DNA from: an uncultured bacterium
Lineage (GTDB): Bacteria; JAJVIF01; JAPKYR01
Direction: 5' to 3'
Length of the DNA: 64,000 nucleotides
Assembly (NCBI GenBank): GCA_965369865.1
Contig: CBDURU010000003.1
Span: 36,560 to 100,559, forward strand
The position numbers and the translations under genes are program-made. Shown here piece after piece: positions 20,502-30,908 of this stretch; the first letter of the stretch is position 1, and every line of letters starts with the position of its first letter. Below the pieces are notes generated by a model. The model was not told the origin of the DNA and ran no database searches. It saw only the letters and a list, made by a program, of their open reading frames with translations.

Positions 20502-23500
20502 TCAATACAGGTCATAGATACTTAAACCAGTATCCCCGGAAGCCAGGTAAATAAGATCATCTACAATAACCATATCGGTTGTATAGTAACCATGATCTCC
20601 GAACAGTATTCCCAGGTTGACCGCTTCTTCCGGCGGCCACACATTACATAGATACGCAGGGGAAAGTCCACTTGCGTAAGCGAACTGCCCGTCAACCTCA
20701 ATTTCCATTAAATAGGAGGGTGGCCCCGATGTAAGCAGAACGGAATTTATGAACGTTGGATTGAGCATATTGCTCGCGTCGACAATCTCAATCCTGTCAA
20801 GCGCCGCAATATACATTATGTCATTTTGAACAATCGCCTTCGTTGGCACGTTGGATGGGGTGTAAGTAGCGACATGATTAGGCAGTGCGGGATTCAGAAG
20901 TGAGTATATCTCAAGGTTACCGCTGGGAATTATCATGTCATCCCCGTAAAAAGAAATACTTGCGGGATTTGTACCGGGGAGGGTGATTGTGTTGACCAGG
21001 ACAGGGGGATCGAACATGTTCAACTCGAAGATATGCAACGAGGCAAACCCGGCTTCCGTTGTTATGTAAAGATAATCATTGTAAATGTTCATGGTCCGGG
21101 TCGGGTTGGGAAGCGAACCGGAGGCGATCTGTGTAATTAAGGCGGGATTGCTGACATTAAGGAACTCCCAGCCATTAGTGCCTACCAGGGCGGCCATGCG
21201 TCCGTTATCATAAGCCAGGAAATTAATCTTTCCTAATGATGTCAGGTATTCGGTTTCGAGGAAAATATTTTCGGGATCGGAGATGTTTACAATTTTAATC
21301 GCATGGTAGCCAAATGAAAATTCAGCGGTATATAAGTAGTCTCCATCGATAAAAATCATACCAGCCTGGTTAAGGACTTCGAGCCGTCCCAGGTCCTGGG
21401 GTGAAACCGGATTGCTGACATTAAAAACCTGCATTCCCGCATCATAGGGAATAATGCAAAGAATATCTCCATTTACCGCAAGGTCAATGCCGATGGAAAC
21501 CAGGGGTACCGATGTAAGCAGGATTGGTGATCCGGGATTTGTCAAATCTATAGTGGCCAGGCCGCCAGTATGATCGGCAATGTATGCGTACGGCCATTCA
21601 GCGTCAATGCCACACGCTAATCCGGGAGTTGCGGTTTCTCCAAGTTCGCTGAAACCACCAATTAAATCGAACTCGAGAATGAACATGCTTTCTGTAATAT
21701 TCGGATTGGTGCCTGTGGCAATTACATATTTATCGCTGAGGGCAAAATCATAGATGGCCGCGGTTGAATGATTGTCCAGATATATAGTTGATGATGGGTT
21801 CTCAACATCAATAGCGGTAAAATTATTCTCACTCGCGCTTATGAGGATCGGTTTGGTGGCTTCGGGATACATGAGATCGAGTTGTCTGACATCTATGATC
21901 GGGCTTCCAAAGGAGCCTGCCTCAAAAGGGTAAAGAGGGTCGGTCGACCAGTTAAAGATTGTGTACTGTGTTGCTACCGGGTTATCGAAATCAGCCACGT
22001 ACAGGTGTGATGAATTCATGCAGATATCGCCGACGTCATACCCGAGGTAAGCAACGTTTTCGTGAAATACCGGGTTGGATTTATTGCTGACATCGATCAT
22101 GTTTATCTGGCCCAGCTCAGGCTCGGGGTAAGAAATGTAGTAAATGAAATTACCATAATGAGCCGATATGATTTTGGGGCCGAAAGAACCTCTTATTTTA
22201 AAAACCTGGACAGGGTTCGATGGAATTGTCATGTCGTAGATCCAAAAGAACCTGCTGTTCAATAAATATATGTAATCACCTTCCCACCAGATTTTGTATG
22301 GGTTGACATATAAGCCGCTGCCGGTAAGCACGACAGGATTGGGGGTCATATCGGTGGCAATGACATTAAAATCCAGTTCGTATGGGGCAAGTTCGGTAGG
22401 ATTGGATGTATAAACCCTGAGGTAATATATATCCGGCATCAGGTTGAGTGAATCGACATCAATAGAAGCAAGGCCGGCAGCTACAACGCTTTCAATAATA
22501 AGGCCTTGATCGGGATCGTAAAGCCCGAGTTTGGTGGGACCGGCATCGCAATGCAGATCCACATGACCCGACACTTCGAATCCGGATGGTATTTCAAAGA
22601 AATAGAAATCCCGGTAATCATCCGGGAGGCATACCTGGCCGTCGATCGTAGAACCGTAATTGATTTCAAATGCATCCGCGAAATCGTTATTCGCGTCGCC
22701 ATGGCAGTTAAGGTCGGGAATATCAAGAATCAGAGTTTGCCATGCGGCTAATGGTGCAGTGGGTGCAGGATATGACAGCCCCTGGTCGTATGCCGGTCCT
22801 CCGGACGAAACAACTTCGACAGCGAGTAAACATTCTCCGGCCTGCGCGGGATTTGCAATACCGGTAAGGTCGACCGTGTATCGCGCTTTGACAGGAGTCT
22901 GATCAAGATATGCCATTTCGATTCCACCGGGAAATAAATCGGGCGCATAGACCTTCACGCTGCCGACCTGCGACGCAATATCACCGCTGTCCTGACCCTG
23001 CCAGTCGTGGACATTCACCTGTAGTTTGAGGATCCCGGCTCCAGTCCCGGAATTACTGGAATAGTAGAGAGTGTCCGCTTTTTTTGCCAACGCGAGATGA
23101 AAAGCTTCTGGCTGGTTAGCTTGAATCGGGAAATCATCGGGCACAGCGGATGGTGGATTGGGATCGGGTATTGCCCAGCATCCGTCTATAACATAAGAAA
23201 ACCTGAAATCCGGAGACGGTAACATCTGGAATTTTACGATGTACCGGCGTGTATTGCTGCTGCCGGTTTTAAACACACCCCTCCCGTTGTTACTGGTAAG
23301 CGCCTCTGAATAAACAGGCTGCATACCGTCGGTCGGGTCGAGGATATCGGCGAAATATTTATACGGATTGATATTAGCAGTCAGCAGGCCGCCGGTTGTA
23401 TTTGTAAACAGGCCGTCCATGTAGCCGAAAATGCCCGGCTGGGTGAATTCTGTTGGATTCCACCATCGTGTGTACCCATCCGCATTGTCAACCCGGGTCT

Positions 23501-23945
23501 CAGAGGGTCCGGTAAACATCGCGGAGCCAATGTTGAGCGTCCCGGGCGTCATCACGATTCCCTTTACATCAAAAATAGTGTACTCAGTCTCGGTAGTGAA
23601 AGGGTGAGTAATCGTGAAATCAACGGCAAAGACCCCGTTAGGAGGATCGGACTCGCCTGGTATTAATGCGATAGACAGGTTTAGCGTATTTACAAAAATT
23701 TTCGTCAGGTTGAGATGGAGATCCGATGATCTATTGGGCAGAATTTCCGCTTCCATGCCGACCGGGTCCAAAGAAATATCATAGGAACCCAGGCACAGAT
23801 GGTTTAATTGATTGCCCTGTACCAGGTTTTGAGGCTCTCCCAGGATTAACCCGGGATCGGGTGTCGATGGATTTCCATGACAACCCTGGATTGCTACTAG
23901 AATGATCGTAAAAATTAGTACCAGCCACGGAAATTTCCGGCTCAT
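20502..23945 (-). CDS. Giant surface lipoprotein, array copy 3
   Basis: 1147 aa. Signal peptide plus Cys (…VAIQGCHGNP). Conserved N-terminal module (LGSYDISLDP…NLTKIFVNTLNLSIALIPGESDPPNGVFAVDFTITHPF…NADGYTRWWNPTEFTQPGIFGYMDG…), a PPC-like segment, and a divergent LVIVD-like C-terminal half ending DTGLSIYDLY. GAGGTG RBS. Confidence 0.7.
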   Translation of the reverse strand: MSRKFPWLVLIFTIILVAIQGCHGNPSTPDPGLILGEPQNLVQGNQLNHLCLGSYDISLDPVGMEAEILPNRSSDLHLNLTKIFVNTLNLSIALIPGESDPPNGVFAVDFTITHPFTTETEYTIFDVKGIVMTPGTLNIGSAMFTGPSETRVDNADGYTRWWNPTEFTQPGIFGYMDGLFTNTTGGLLTANINPYKYFADILDPTDGMQPVYSEALTSNNGRGVFKTGSSNTRRYIVKFQMLPSPDFRFSYVIDGCWAIPDPNPPSAVPDDFPIQANQPEAFHLALAKKADTLYYSSNSGTGAGILKLQVNVHDWQGQDSGDIASQVGSVKVYAPDLFPGGIEMAYLDQTPVKARYTVDLTGIANPAQAGECLLAVEVVSSGGPAYDQGLSYPAPTAPLAAWQTLILDIPDLNCHGDANNDFADAFEINYGSTIDGQVCLPDDYRDFYFFEIPSGFEVSGHVDLHCDAGPTKLGLYDPDQGLIIESVVAAGLASIDVDSLNLMPDIYYLRVYTSNPTELAPYELDFNVIATDMTPNPVVLTGSGLYVNPYKIWWEGDYIYLLNSRFFWIYDMTIPSNPVQVFKIRGSFGPKIISAHYGNFIYYISYPEPELGQINMIDVSNKSNPVFHENVAYLGYDVGDICMNSSHLYVADFDNPVATQYTIFNWSTDPLYPFEAGSFGSPIIDVRQLDLMYPEATKPILISASENNFTAIDVENPSSTIYLDNHSTAAIYDFALSDKYVIATGTNPNITESMFILEFDLIGGFSELGETATPGLACGIDAEWPYAYIADHTGGLATIDLTNPGSPILLTSVPLVSIGIDLAVNGDILCIIPYDAGMQVFNVSNPVSPQDLGRLEVLNQAGMIFIDGDYLYTAEFSFGYHAIKIVNISDPENIFLETEYLTSLGKINFLAYDNGRMAALVGTNGWEFLNVSNPALITQIASGSLPNPTRTMNIYNDYLYITTEAGFASLHIFELNMFDPPVLVNTITLPGTNPASISFYGDDMIIPSGNLEIYSLLNPALPNHVATYTPSNVPTKAIVQNDIMYIAALDRIEIVDASNMLNPTFINSVLLTSGPPSYLMEIEVDGQFAYASGLSPAYLCNVWPPEEAVNLGILFGDHGYYTTDMVIVDDLIYLASGDTGLSIYDLY

Positions 23946-23996
23946 GATTCACCTCGGTACTCCGGTAATTTATTTGTGCTAATGATATTTATCCGA

Positions 23997-26900
23997 CTAG
24001 TACAGATCGTAAATCCTCAGACCGGAACCTAAGTGCATGACATATAAAATCCCGTCTTCAACAAGGAGATTCAGAATAAACCCATAATTATTAGGACCGA
24101 ATGGCTCACTGTAGACGGCAGGCGTTTCGGGCGGCCACAAATTTACAATTACCGGATTATGTCCCATGTCAGAAACATAGGCGAACTGGTGTTCTACAGC
24201 CATAAATTGCATATTGGGTGCATATGGTAATCCGGTGTACCAAATAGCAACAGGTTGCCCCGAACCATCGAGTTCTACCGTTTCAAAGTAATCGGTATTG
24301 CAGACATAAAGGTAATCGTTCTGTATCGCGATATCCCGCACGGTTGCTGTCGAGGTGAAATCGCCAACATATACCGGGATCAGGTTTGATGTGATATCAA
24401 CAATTTTCACATCATCGAGCGCGTACGCATACAGGTAGTCTAAATCGGTTGACAGGGTTAACCCATGAAGTTCAGAAGTCCATGATGGATCAGGGACAGG
24501 GATCACACCAGGAAAAGTAGCCAGGTCGTAAACCTTGATTGTGCCGTTCGATAAGGTGGCATAAGCAGCCCAGTATGTGACTGCGACTGATTGCACGTAC
24601 GAGGGAAAAGTCTCTGAATACGCGAGTACCGGGTTGTACAGGTCTGTGCACTCGTACAGCGAGAATTTTTGATCGAGTGTTCCGACAGCCAGAATATTAT
24701 GTGCCCCCAGGTACAGTGCCATGCACATTGGTGAATCATCAAGCAAAACTTCCCCTTCTATGGTTGGGTTAGCGGGATCGGTCAAATCAAGGATTTTAAT
24801 AGCGTTATAGGATCCCCCTGATTCAATGAAATACCCTGTATCCCACCTGATCCTTCCATCAACAGGAATGTTAAGGCAAAGGACCCTGGCTGTTTCGGTC
24901 AGGAGAATCGTGTCTGATGCGTCATAAATTGAAAAACCGGCGTGTTCAGGGATATTCAGTAATTTATCCTGGTCGATCAGAATACTACATGATTCCGATA
25001 CAGTGGGAACTGTGCTGTTGATTGCCAGCGCTGAGAGGTTTGAAAAATCGACCACTGTAATTCCTATATTGTCAGCGATATATGCAGTATTTACCTTGGC
25101 GTCGATATTGTAACCGTACCCGGGGATAGGCAGTACATCCTTTGGAGAGAAGCCCAGCAGGTCGAGGTATGTATAGGATGAGATATAACCATCGGGAACC
25201 CCGTCAATATGTGTTTTCAAAATCTCGTTACCTACAATTGCTATATCAAGATTATACGTACCAAGCGCCGCAGGATGTGTGGCTTTTAATACTGGCAAAA
25301 CAGGATTTTCGACGTTGTATGCTCTCATGTCCTGACTTGTCATAACGATCAGGGCGGTTACGGGACCATCTGTATCGTATATGCCAAGCTTTAAAACGTT
25401 GTGCTGGCAATTAAAGTGGTTAATTTCCTGCAGATCGAGCGGGTCGGTGTAATCGTAAATATATATCCATGAACCCACCCCATCATCGAAAGCGATAAAC
25501 ATATACTCTGAATCAATCGTAATAAATTCGATTTGGCCTGGCAGTGACAGGATGTTCTCATGGAGAACCGGGCTGGATGGATTGCTGTAATCAACCATGT
25601 TAAGTATTGCAGGATTTTCAGTCCATCCTCCCCAGTAGTAAACCCTTCCATCGTATTCCGCAGGGGTCGCCCCCACCTGATCGTAGATTCTGGACAGAAA
25701 AACAGGATTGTAGAGATCGCTGGTGTCATATGCCCATGAACCCCTGGGTCCGGTCAGGATTGCAGTATCACCATGTGTTGTCAGCCAGCTTGCATCAAGG
25801 TCAAGGTTGTTTGGAGTAATGTCAACAGGATTTATTGGGGTGATATTTACCGTTTCAAGGTCCAAATTCAACTGGTATAAAAATGGATTCGGCTGAGATG
25901 ATTCTGTAACCTCAAGGTAATACCAACCGGGATCGGGCTTCCACCCGACAAGTTCTAATTTCACAACTCCATTGTTAGGGGTGTCTCCATCAAGAAGGTT
26001 TAAGTCCTGATCCCACAGAATCAACTTGGAAGTGGGCACATCGGAATATAAATAGACCCAGCCGTCGATATGGGTACCGGGTAGAATTTGAAACATGTAA
26101 AAATCGGAACTGTCGACAGAACTGCACAAGGTTCCAATCACCGTGTCCTGGAACGAAACCAGCTCCGCTTCAAGATGTGAATTGTTCGCATCCCCGACGC
26201 ATTCAGGATCGGTTATATCAACGGTAATGACCTGGTAGGCTGAGATATCAGCCGAGGGGGCGGGTGCCGTGCCCTGCTGGTAACTCGGTCCACCTTTGGA
26301 ACCAACCCTTGCGACAACCTGTGCCTGACCGGCATGTGTCGGAACAGCCAGGGAATATAAATCAGAAGTGAATCTGGCTTTGAAGTCATTTTGATCGAGG
26401 AAGGTTGCAGTGACACCGGTGCCCATTAAATCCGGAGAGAAAATCCGGACAGCATCAATCTGGTTCTCAAAATTTCCCGCCATCTGTCCCTGCCAGTCAT
26501 GGACATTTATCTGGAGTTTAAGTATTCCACCCCCGGTAGCGGTCTCAATGTCATAGTAGAGAGTGTTGATTTTTTCAGCCAGTGCAACATGATATGCTTC
26601 AGGCTGGTTCGCCTCGATCGGGAAATCGCTTGGCACGTCATCAGGCGGGTTCGGAACCGGGAGATCCCAGGAACCATCAATTACAAACGCAAACTTAAAA
26701 TTGGGTGTAGGCGTCATCTGGAACAAAACCTCGTATCTCCTGGTGACGAAGCTTCCCGGAGTAAAAATACCTCTGCCCTGGCTGCTGGCGAGATGTTCCA
26801 AGTAGACAAGGTTCATTGGGTCCTCAGGGCCGAGAATATCGGCAAAATATTTATATGGGTTAACCGTCGCTGTGAGCTGTCCACTTTCAGCATTAGTGAA

Positions 26901-27431
26901 CAGCCCATCCGTGTAACCGAAAATACCCGCCTTGGTGAATTCAGTCGGGTTCCACCACCGGGTATAACCATCAGCATTCAACACCTGGGTTTCATTGGTA
27001 TCCGAGAACATCGTTGCTCCGACCGCGAGTGACCCAGGGACCATTACGATGCCTTTAACATCGAATATGCTGAACTGGATCTCAGTTGTGAATGGATGTG
27101 TGAGTGTAAAGTCCACAACAAACAATCCGTTTGGGGGGTCCGACGCACCCTGGTCGAGTACGACTTCCAGGTTCATGGTGTCCAAAAAGATTTTTGTAAG
27201 GTTCAGATGCAGCTCACCGATCCGAAGCGGGATTGCTTCGATTGACATATCCAATGGATTGATCTCGATATCATAGGCGCCAAGATTGATGCGATTACCA
27301 GTGCTTGATTGATCTTTTAAAGACCCTGCAGGATCCCCGGTTGAAGGACTTGCAGGATTGCCCTGGCAGCCAAGTGAAACTATTAGCAAAAGAATTACTA
27401 CCAGTGAGAAAAATGTTCGTTGCTGATACAT
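23997..27431 (-). CDS. Giant surface lipoprotein, array copy 2
   Basis: ORF-track start is 27446. The first Met codon sits inside the AAGGAGG RBS, so the start is more likely the Met at 27431 (MYQQRTFFSLVVILLLIVSLGCQGNP). Conserved N-terminal module, PPC-like segment (CVGDANNSHLEAE…DSSDFYMFQ…GWYYLEV), divergent propeller-like C-terminus ending GSGLRIYDLY. Confidence 0.7.
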   Translation of the reverse strand: MYQQRTFFSLVVILLLIVSLGCQGNPASPSTGDPAGSLKDQSSTGNRINLGAYDIEINPLDMSIEAIPLRIGELHLNLTKIFLDTMNLEVVLDQGASDPPNGLFVVDFTLTHPFTTEIQFSIFDVKGIVMVPGSLAVGATMFSDTNETQVLNADGYTRWWNPTEFTKAGIFGYTDGLFTNAESGQLTATVNPYKYFADILGPEDPMNLVYLEHLASSQGRGIFTPGSFVTRRYEVLFQMTPTPNFKFAFVIDGSWDLPVPNPPDDVPSDFPIEANQPEAYHVALAEKINTLYYDIETATGGGILKLQINVHDWQGQMAGNFENQIDAVRIFSPDLMGTGVTATFLDQNDFKARFTSDLYSLAVPTHAGQAQVVARVGSKGGPSYQQGTAPAPSADISAYQVITVDITDPECVGDANNSHLEAELVSFQDTVIGTLCSSVDSSDFYMFQILPGTHIDGWVYLYSDVPTSKLILWDQDLNLLDGDTPNNGVVKLELVGWKPDPGWYYLEVTESSQPNPFLYQLNLDLETVNITPINPVDITPNNLDLDASWLTTHGDTAILTGPRGSWAYDTSDLYNPVFLSRIYDQVGATPAEYDGRVYYWGGWTENPAILNMVDYSNPSSPVLHENILSLPGQIEFITIDSEYMFIAFDDGVGSWIYIYDYTDPLDLQEINHFNCQHNVLKLGIYDTDGPVTALIVMTSQDMRAYNVENPVLPVLKATHPAALGTYNLDIAIVGNEILKTHIDGVPDGYISSYTYLDLLGFSPKDVLPIPGYGYNIDAKVNTAYIADNIGITVVDFSNLSALAINSTVPTVSESCSILIDQDKLLNIPEHAGFSIYDASDTILLTETARVLCLNIPVDGRIRWDTGYFIESGGSYNAIKILDLTDPANPTIEGEVLLDDSPMCMALYLGAHNILAVGTLDQKFSLYECTDLYNPVLAYSETFPSYVQSVAVTYWAAYATLSNGTIKVYDLATFPGVIPVPDPSWTSELHGLTLSTDLDYLYAYALDDVKIVDITSNLIPVYVGDFTSTATVRDIAIQNDYLYVCNTDYFETVELDGSGQPVAIWYTGLPYAPNMQFMAVEHQFAYVSDMGHNPVIVNLWPPETPAVYSEPFGPNNYGFILNLLVEDGILYVMHLGSGLRIYDLY

Positions 27432-27461
27432 GTATTCCTCCTTCAAATTTCAAATTATTAA

Positions 27462-30400
27462 TCAGTACAGGTCCCAGATTCTTAATCCGAAACCTGAAGC
27501 ACGTTCGTAGTAATAGCCGTTATTAATTAAAACCTGGTTTGGTTTTACCTCGAAATCGGTACTATATAATGGGCCTATAACTGTTGGTGCATCGGGAGGC
27601 CAAATTCTCATTACCGTTGGTGGAGTCCACCAGTAGGGTTGACAAATAGCGAACTGGTTATCGACCGCAAGGTACTCTCCGTGTGGAGCATCAGGATGAG
27701 TTTCATGGGAAAGGTATACAGGTGATTGCGGAATGGAAATATCCGCAATTTCGAGAGTGTCACTGGTAGCTATGATCAGGTAGTCACCATACACCTCGAT
27801 ATTTTTAGCGTAGCTCAGAGGTACGTATGTTACCTGGTAAATCGGGTTGAGTGGATTAACAATCGAGTAAACAAGGATTTCACCACCGGCAAGCACATAC
27901 ATTATGTCACCTTTGAATTTAATACTCATTGGGATGCTGGTAGTAGCCAAACCGGTTTGATATGTTAACAATGTCCAAACCGACAAATCCCATACACTGA
28001 TCTGTGGTACGTTATTACCGACATATAATGCGTCCCCATTTAAGGCAAGGCAGGAAACATCGCTGGCGGCTGCGTACGGTCCATCCACCGTCATGGACCA
28101 AGGGTCGGGGCAATCAATTGCCAAGAGGAAAGGACCGCTCGTGGCGACTATCAGTCGATCCCCGTCTACTGCAATCCTTGACGGGTCATAATCGATTCTC
28201 TGCACCATGGTTAAAGCCGCATTAGCAGGATTGCCAATATTAAACACTTTAATTGCGTGGTATAGATTGCTGGATTCGATGGTATACAGGTAACTGCCGC
28301 TTATGACCATATCTTTGGGACTGGCCAGTCCGACGACACTCCCGGAACCGGTAACACTAAAGGGGTCGCCAATATCATAAGTGATCACCCCTGCCCTTCT
28401 ACACGCAGTGTAAAGCGTTCCATTCTCAAAGACTATATCACCAATATTTATTGGCAGGGGAAACGAGAGATTACCCCAAAATAATGGGAGATCCGGATTC
28501 GTAACATCAATAATCGAAATAGTTTCATCGCTGTTTAGACACAATGCGTAATTCCCATCTGTCTCTACAATGTTGGTTTCCTGGAACAGCAGGATGTTAC
28601 CGCCAGCGGTTATACCTCCAGTCTCAATTTTTAATGAACTGAAGTAATATTGCCAGGTAGAAGTGGATTGGCGGAGGACGAAGACGTAATTATCCCTGGT
28701 ACAGATGTCGATTATGTCCATATTCGTCCATGTGAAGACATCCGGTTTCGGGATCGAACTTTTGTCAGTGACATTGAAGAGATCAAGCCTTGCATTGTCA
28801 TACAAAACCGCAAGCCAGTAATCAGGTCCGACGCTATCGTTCACGAAATCAAGTTGATCGGGTTGACCGTTGATGGCAAGTTTGTGGATAAGCTCGGGTA
28901 CTTCTGGATTGTTGAAAATATAGTATATATCGATCGCGAAACCGGGGCTCGAATTGTAAGCTACGTAAAGGTAATCCGTTTCCCTCGCTATACAGTATAC
29001 GGCGGTTGTGTAATGCAATACATCAGGATACAGGACCTCATTTGTCGGGTCGGTGATATCGTACATTTCAATATTTGTATCACCTGGGCTTAATTCATGG
29101 ACAGAATAAATTTCGGTTATGCTGAAAGCCGGGTGTTCACTGTTGTAGATTTCAAAAAAGTTAAGGAATTCTGGTTGCAGTTTGTCTGTATGGTCGTAGA
29201 TCCAAACGCCGCCTTCAGTTTCTGTAAACACGAGGTCACCGGCAACAGCAATTTGTTGCGGGTAAAAAAACAGATCTTCGGGAGTCACATTAACCGGGTT
29301 ATCGGGAGTTACATTCGTAAGATAAATATCCGGTTCGATCATATACAGGAATGCCTGGCCTGATGTCTGGGTCAGCACCCGAACATAATATTCACCCGGC
29401 ATAATTCCCAGTAAAAATAGATCAATCACCGCGTATCCGCCTGATACAGCTTCCTCGTATATCAGAGATTCAGTATCGTCGTAAAGGCTGAAAGTAGTCG
29501 GTTCAGCATCACAGAAAAGTGTCAGGTCGCCATATACATCGCTACCAAGCGGCAGCGACAACAGGTAAAAGTCCTTGTAATCACCGGGCGCACATAACTG
29601 ATCGATTGTCGGATTCTCGAGGTCGAGAAGTAATGCCTCGCTGAAATCGTTATTTGTATCAGCCGAACACTCCGGGTCGGGAATGTCCAGGATCAATGTT
29701 TCCCATGCAGCGACCGAATTATCAGGTGCCGGATTGCCGGTTCCCTGGTCGTAATTCGGACCGCCTGCCGATGTCGCCTTCACGGCCAGAAGAGTTTCTC
29801 CGGAATGTGTTGGCGCGGCGATTCCAGTCAGATCGGCTGTATACCTTGCCTTGATCTCGAGTTCGTCCATGAACAATGCATCTGCTCCGCCTGAGAAAAG
29901 GTCCGGAGAATATATCCTTACGCCGTCAATTTCCGCCGCGATCGCGGCCGCATTCTGCCCCTGCCAGTCATGAACATTCACCTGCAGGCGAAGGACACCA
30001 CCGCCTGTACCCGATTCACTGTCATAATAAAGTGAATTGACTTTATCAGCGAGTACTAAGTCATATGCTTCAGGCTGGTTCGCCTCGATTGGAAAATCAT
30101 CAGGAACCGCATCTGGCGGATTCGGGACTGGTATATCCCAGCAGCCATTGATCACGTAACCGAATAATATGGTCGTAGCAGGTGCACCCGGAAAACGGAG
30201 GTTGTATCTCCTCGTGTTGCTGGCTCCATCTGTGAAAACCCCCCTGCCCATATCGTTATCAAGTGGTTCATAATAGACCGCGCTTAAAGGGTCTTCGGCG
30301 CCAAGGATATCCGCGAAATATTTATACGGGTTCACAGTCGCCGTAAGCTGGCCGGCGGTAGTATTAGTAAACAAGCCGTCCGTATATCCGAATATGCCCG

Positions 30401-30908
30401 GCTGGGTGAATTCTGTTGGATTCCACCATCGAGTATACCCGTCGGCGTTTTCGAGACGTGTTTCACCCGCATCCGCAAATAGCAGGGGTCCGATATTCAA
30501 TGTTCCGGGGGTCAAAACAATTCCCTTCACATCAAATATTGAGAATTCATTCTGTTCATCTAACGGGTGGGTCAATGTGAAATCCAGAACGAACAGCCCG
30601 TTCGGAGGATCGGACAGGCCGGGGATAACCACAATGTCAAGGCCCATCATATTTACGAAAATTTTAGTCAGGTTAAGGTGGAGATCGCTTGACCTCAGCG
30701 GCAGGATTTCGACAGTCGAATCCCGGGTGTTGAGTTCAACCAGGTACGATCCAAGGCTGTGGTGGGACCTGACATCAGACTGTGATTCCCTTGACGTTAA
30801 ATCGGATTGCTGCTGGATATCCGGCGATGCCGGGTGTCCCTGGCATCCGATCAGCACGATTATGCTAAAAAGAACCAGAATTATCAGGGGATTTTGCGAA
30901 CGATACAT
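27462..30908 (-). CDS. Giant surface lipoprotein, array copy 1 (first gene of the array)
   Basis: ORF-track start is 30950. I prefer the Met at 30908 (MYRSQNPLIILVLFSIIVLIGCQGHP) because a strong AGGAGG lies 6 nt upstream. Same module order as the other copies, C-terminal …SGFGLRIWDLY. A ~385-bp untranslated leader lies upstream. Confidence 0.7.
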   Translation of the reverse strand: MYRSQNPLIILVLFSIIVLIGCQGHPASPDIQQQSDLTSRESQSDVRSHHSLGSYLVELNTRDSTVEILPLRSSDLHLNLTKIFVNMMGLDIVVIPGLSDPPNGLFVLDFTLTHPLDEQNEFSIFDVKGIVLTPGTLNIGPLLFADAGETRLENADGYTRWWNPTEFTQPGIFGYTDGLFTNTTAGQLTATVNPYKYFADILGAEDPLSAVYYEPLDNDMGRGVFTDGASNTRRYNLRFPGAPATTILFGYVINGCWDIPVPNPPDAVPDDFPIEANQPEAYDLVLADKVNSLYYDSESGTGGGVLRLQVNVHDWQGQNAAAIAAEIDGVRIYSPDLFSGGADALFMDELEIKARYTADLTGIAAPTHSGETLLAVKATSAGGPNYDQGTGNPAPDNSVAAWETLILDIPDPECSADTNNDFSEALLLDLENPTIDQLCAPGDYKDFYLLSLPLGSDVYGDLTLFCDAEPTTFSLYDDTESLIYEEAVSGGYAVIDLFLLGIMPGEYYVRVLTQTSGQAFLYMIEPDIYLTNVTPDNPVNVTPEDLFFYPQQIAVAGDLVFTETEGGVWIYDHTDKLQPEFLNFFEIYNSEHPAFSITEIYSVHELSPGDTNIEMYDITDPTNEVLYPDVLHYTTAVYCIARETDYLYVAYNSSPGFAIDIYYIFNNPEVPELIHKLAINGQPDQLDFVNDSVGPDYWLAVLYDNARLDLFNVTDKSSIPKPDVFTWTNMDIIDICTRDNYVFVLRQSTSTWQYYFSSLKIETGGITAGGNILLFQETNIVETDGNYALCLNSDETISIIDVTNPDLPLFWGNLSFPLPINIGDIVFENGTLYTACRRAGVITYDIGDPFSVTGSGSVVGLASPKDMVISGSYLYTIESSNLYHAIKVFNIGNPANAALTMVQRIDYDPSRIAVDGDRLIVATSGPFLLAIDCPDPWSMTVDGPYAAASDVSCLALNGDALYVGNNVPQISVWDLSVWTLLTYQTGLATTSIPMSIKFKGDIMYVLAGGEILVYSIVNPLNPIYQVTYVPLSYAKNIEVYGDYLIIATSDTLEIADISIPQSPVYLSHETHPDAPHGEYLAVDNQFAICQPYWWTPPTVMRIWPPDAPTVIGPLYSTDFEVKPNQVLINNGYYYERASGFGLRIWDLY

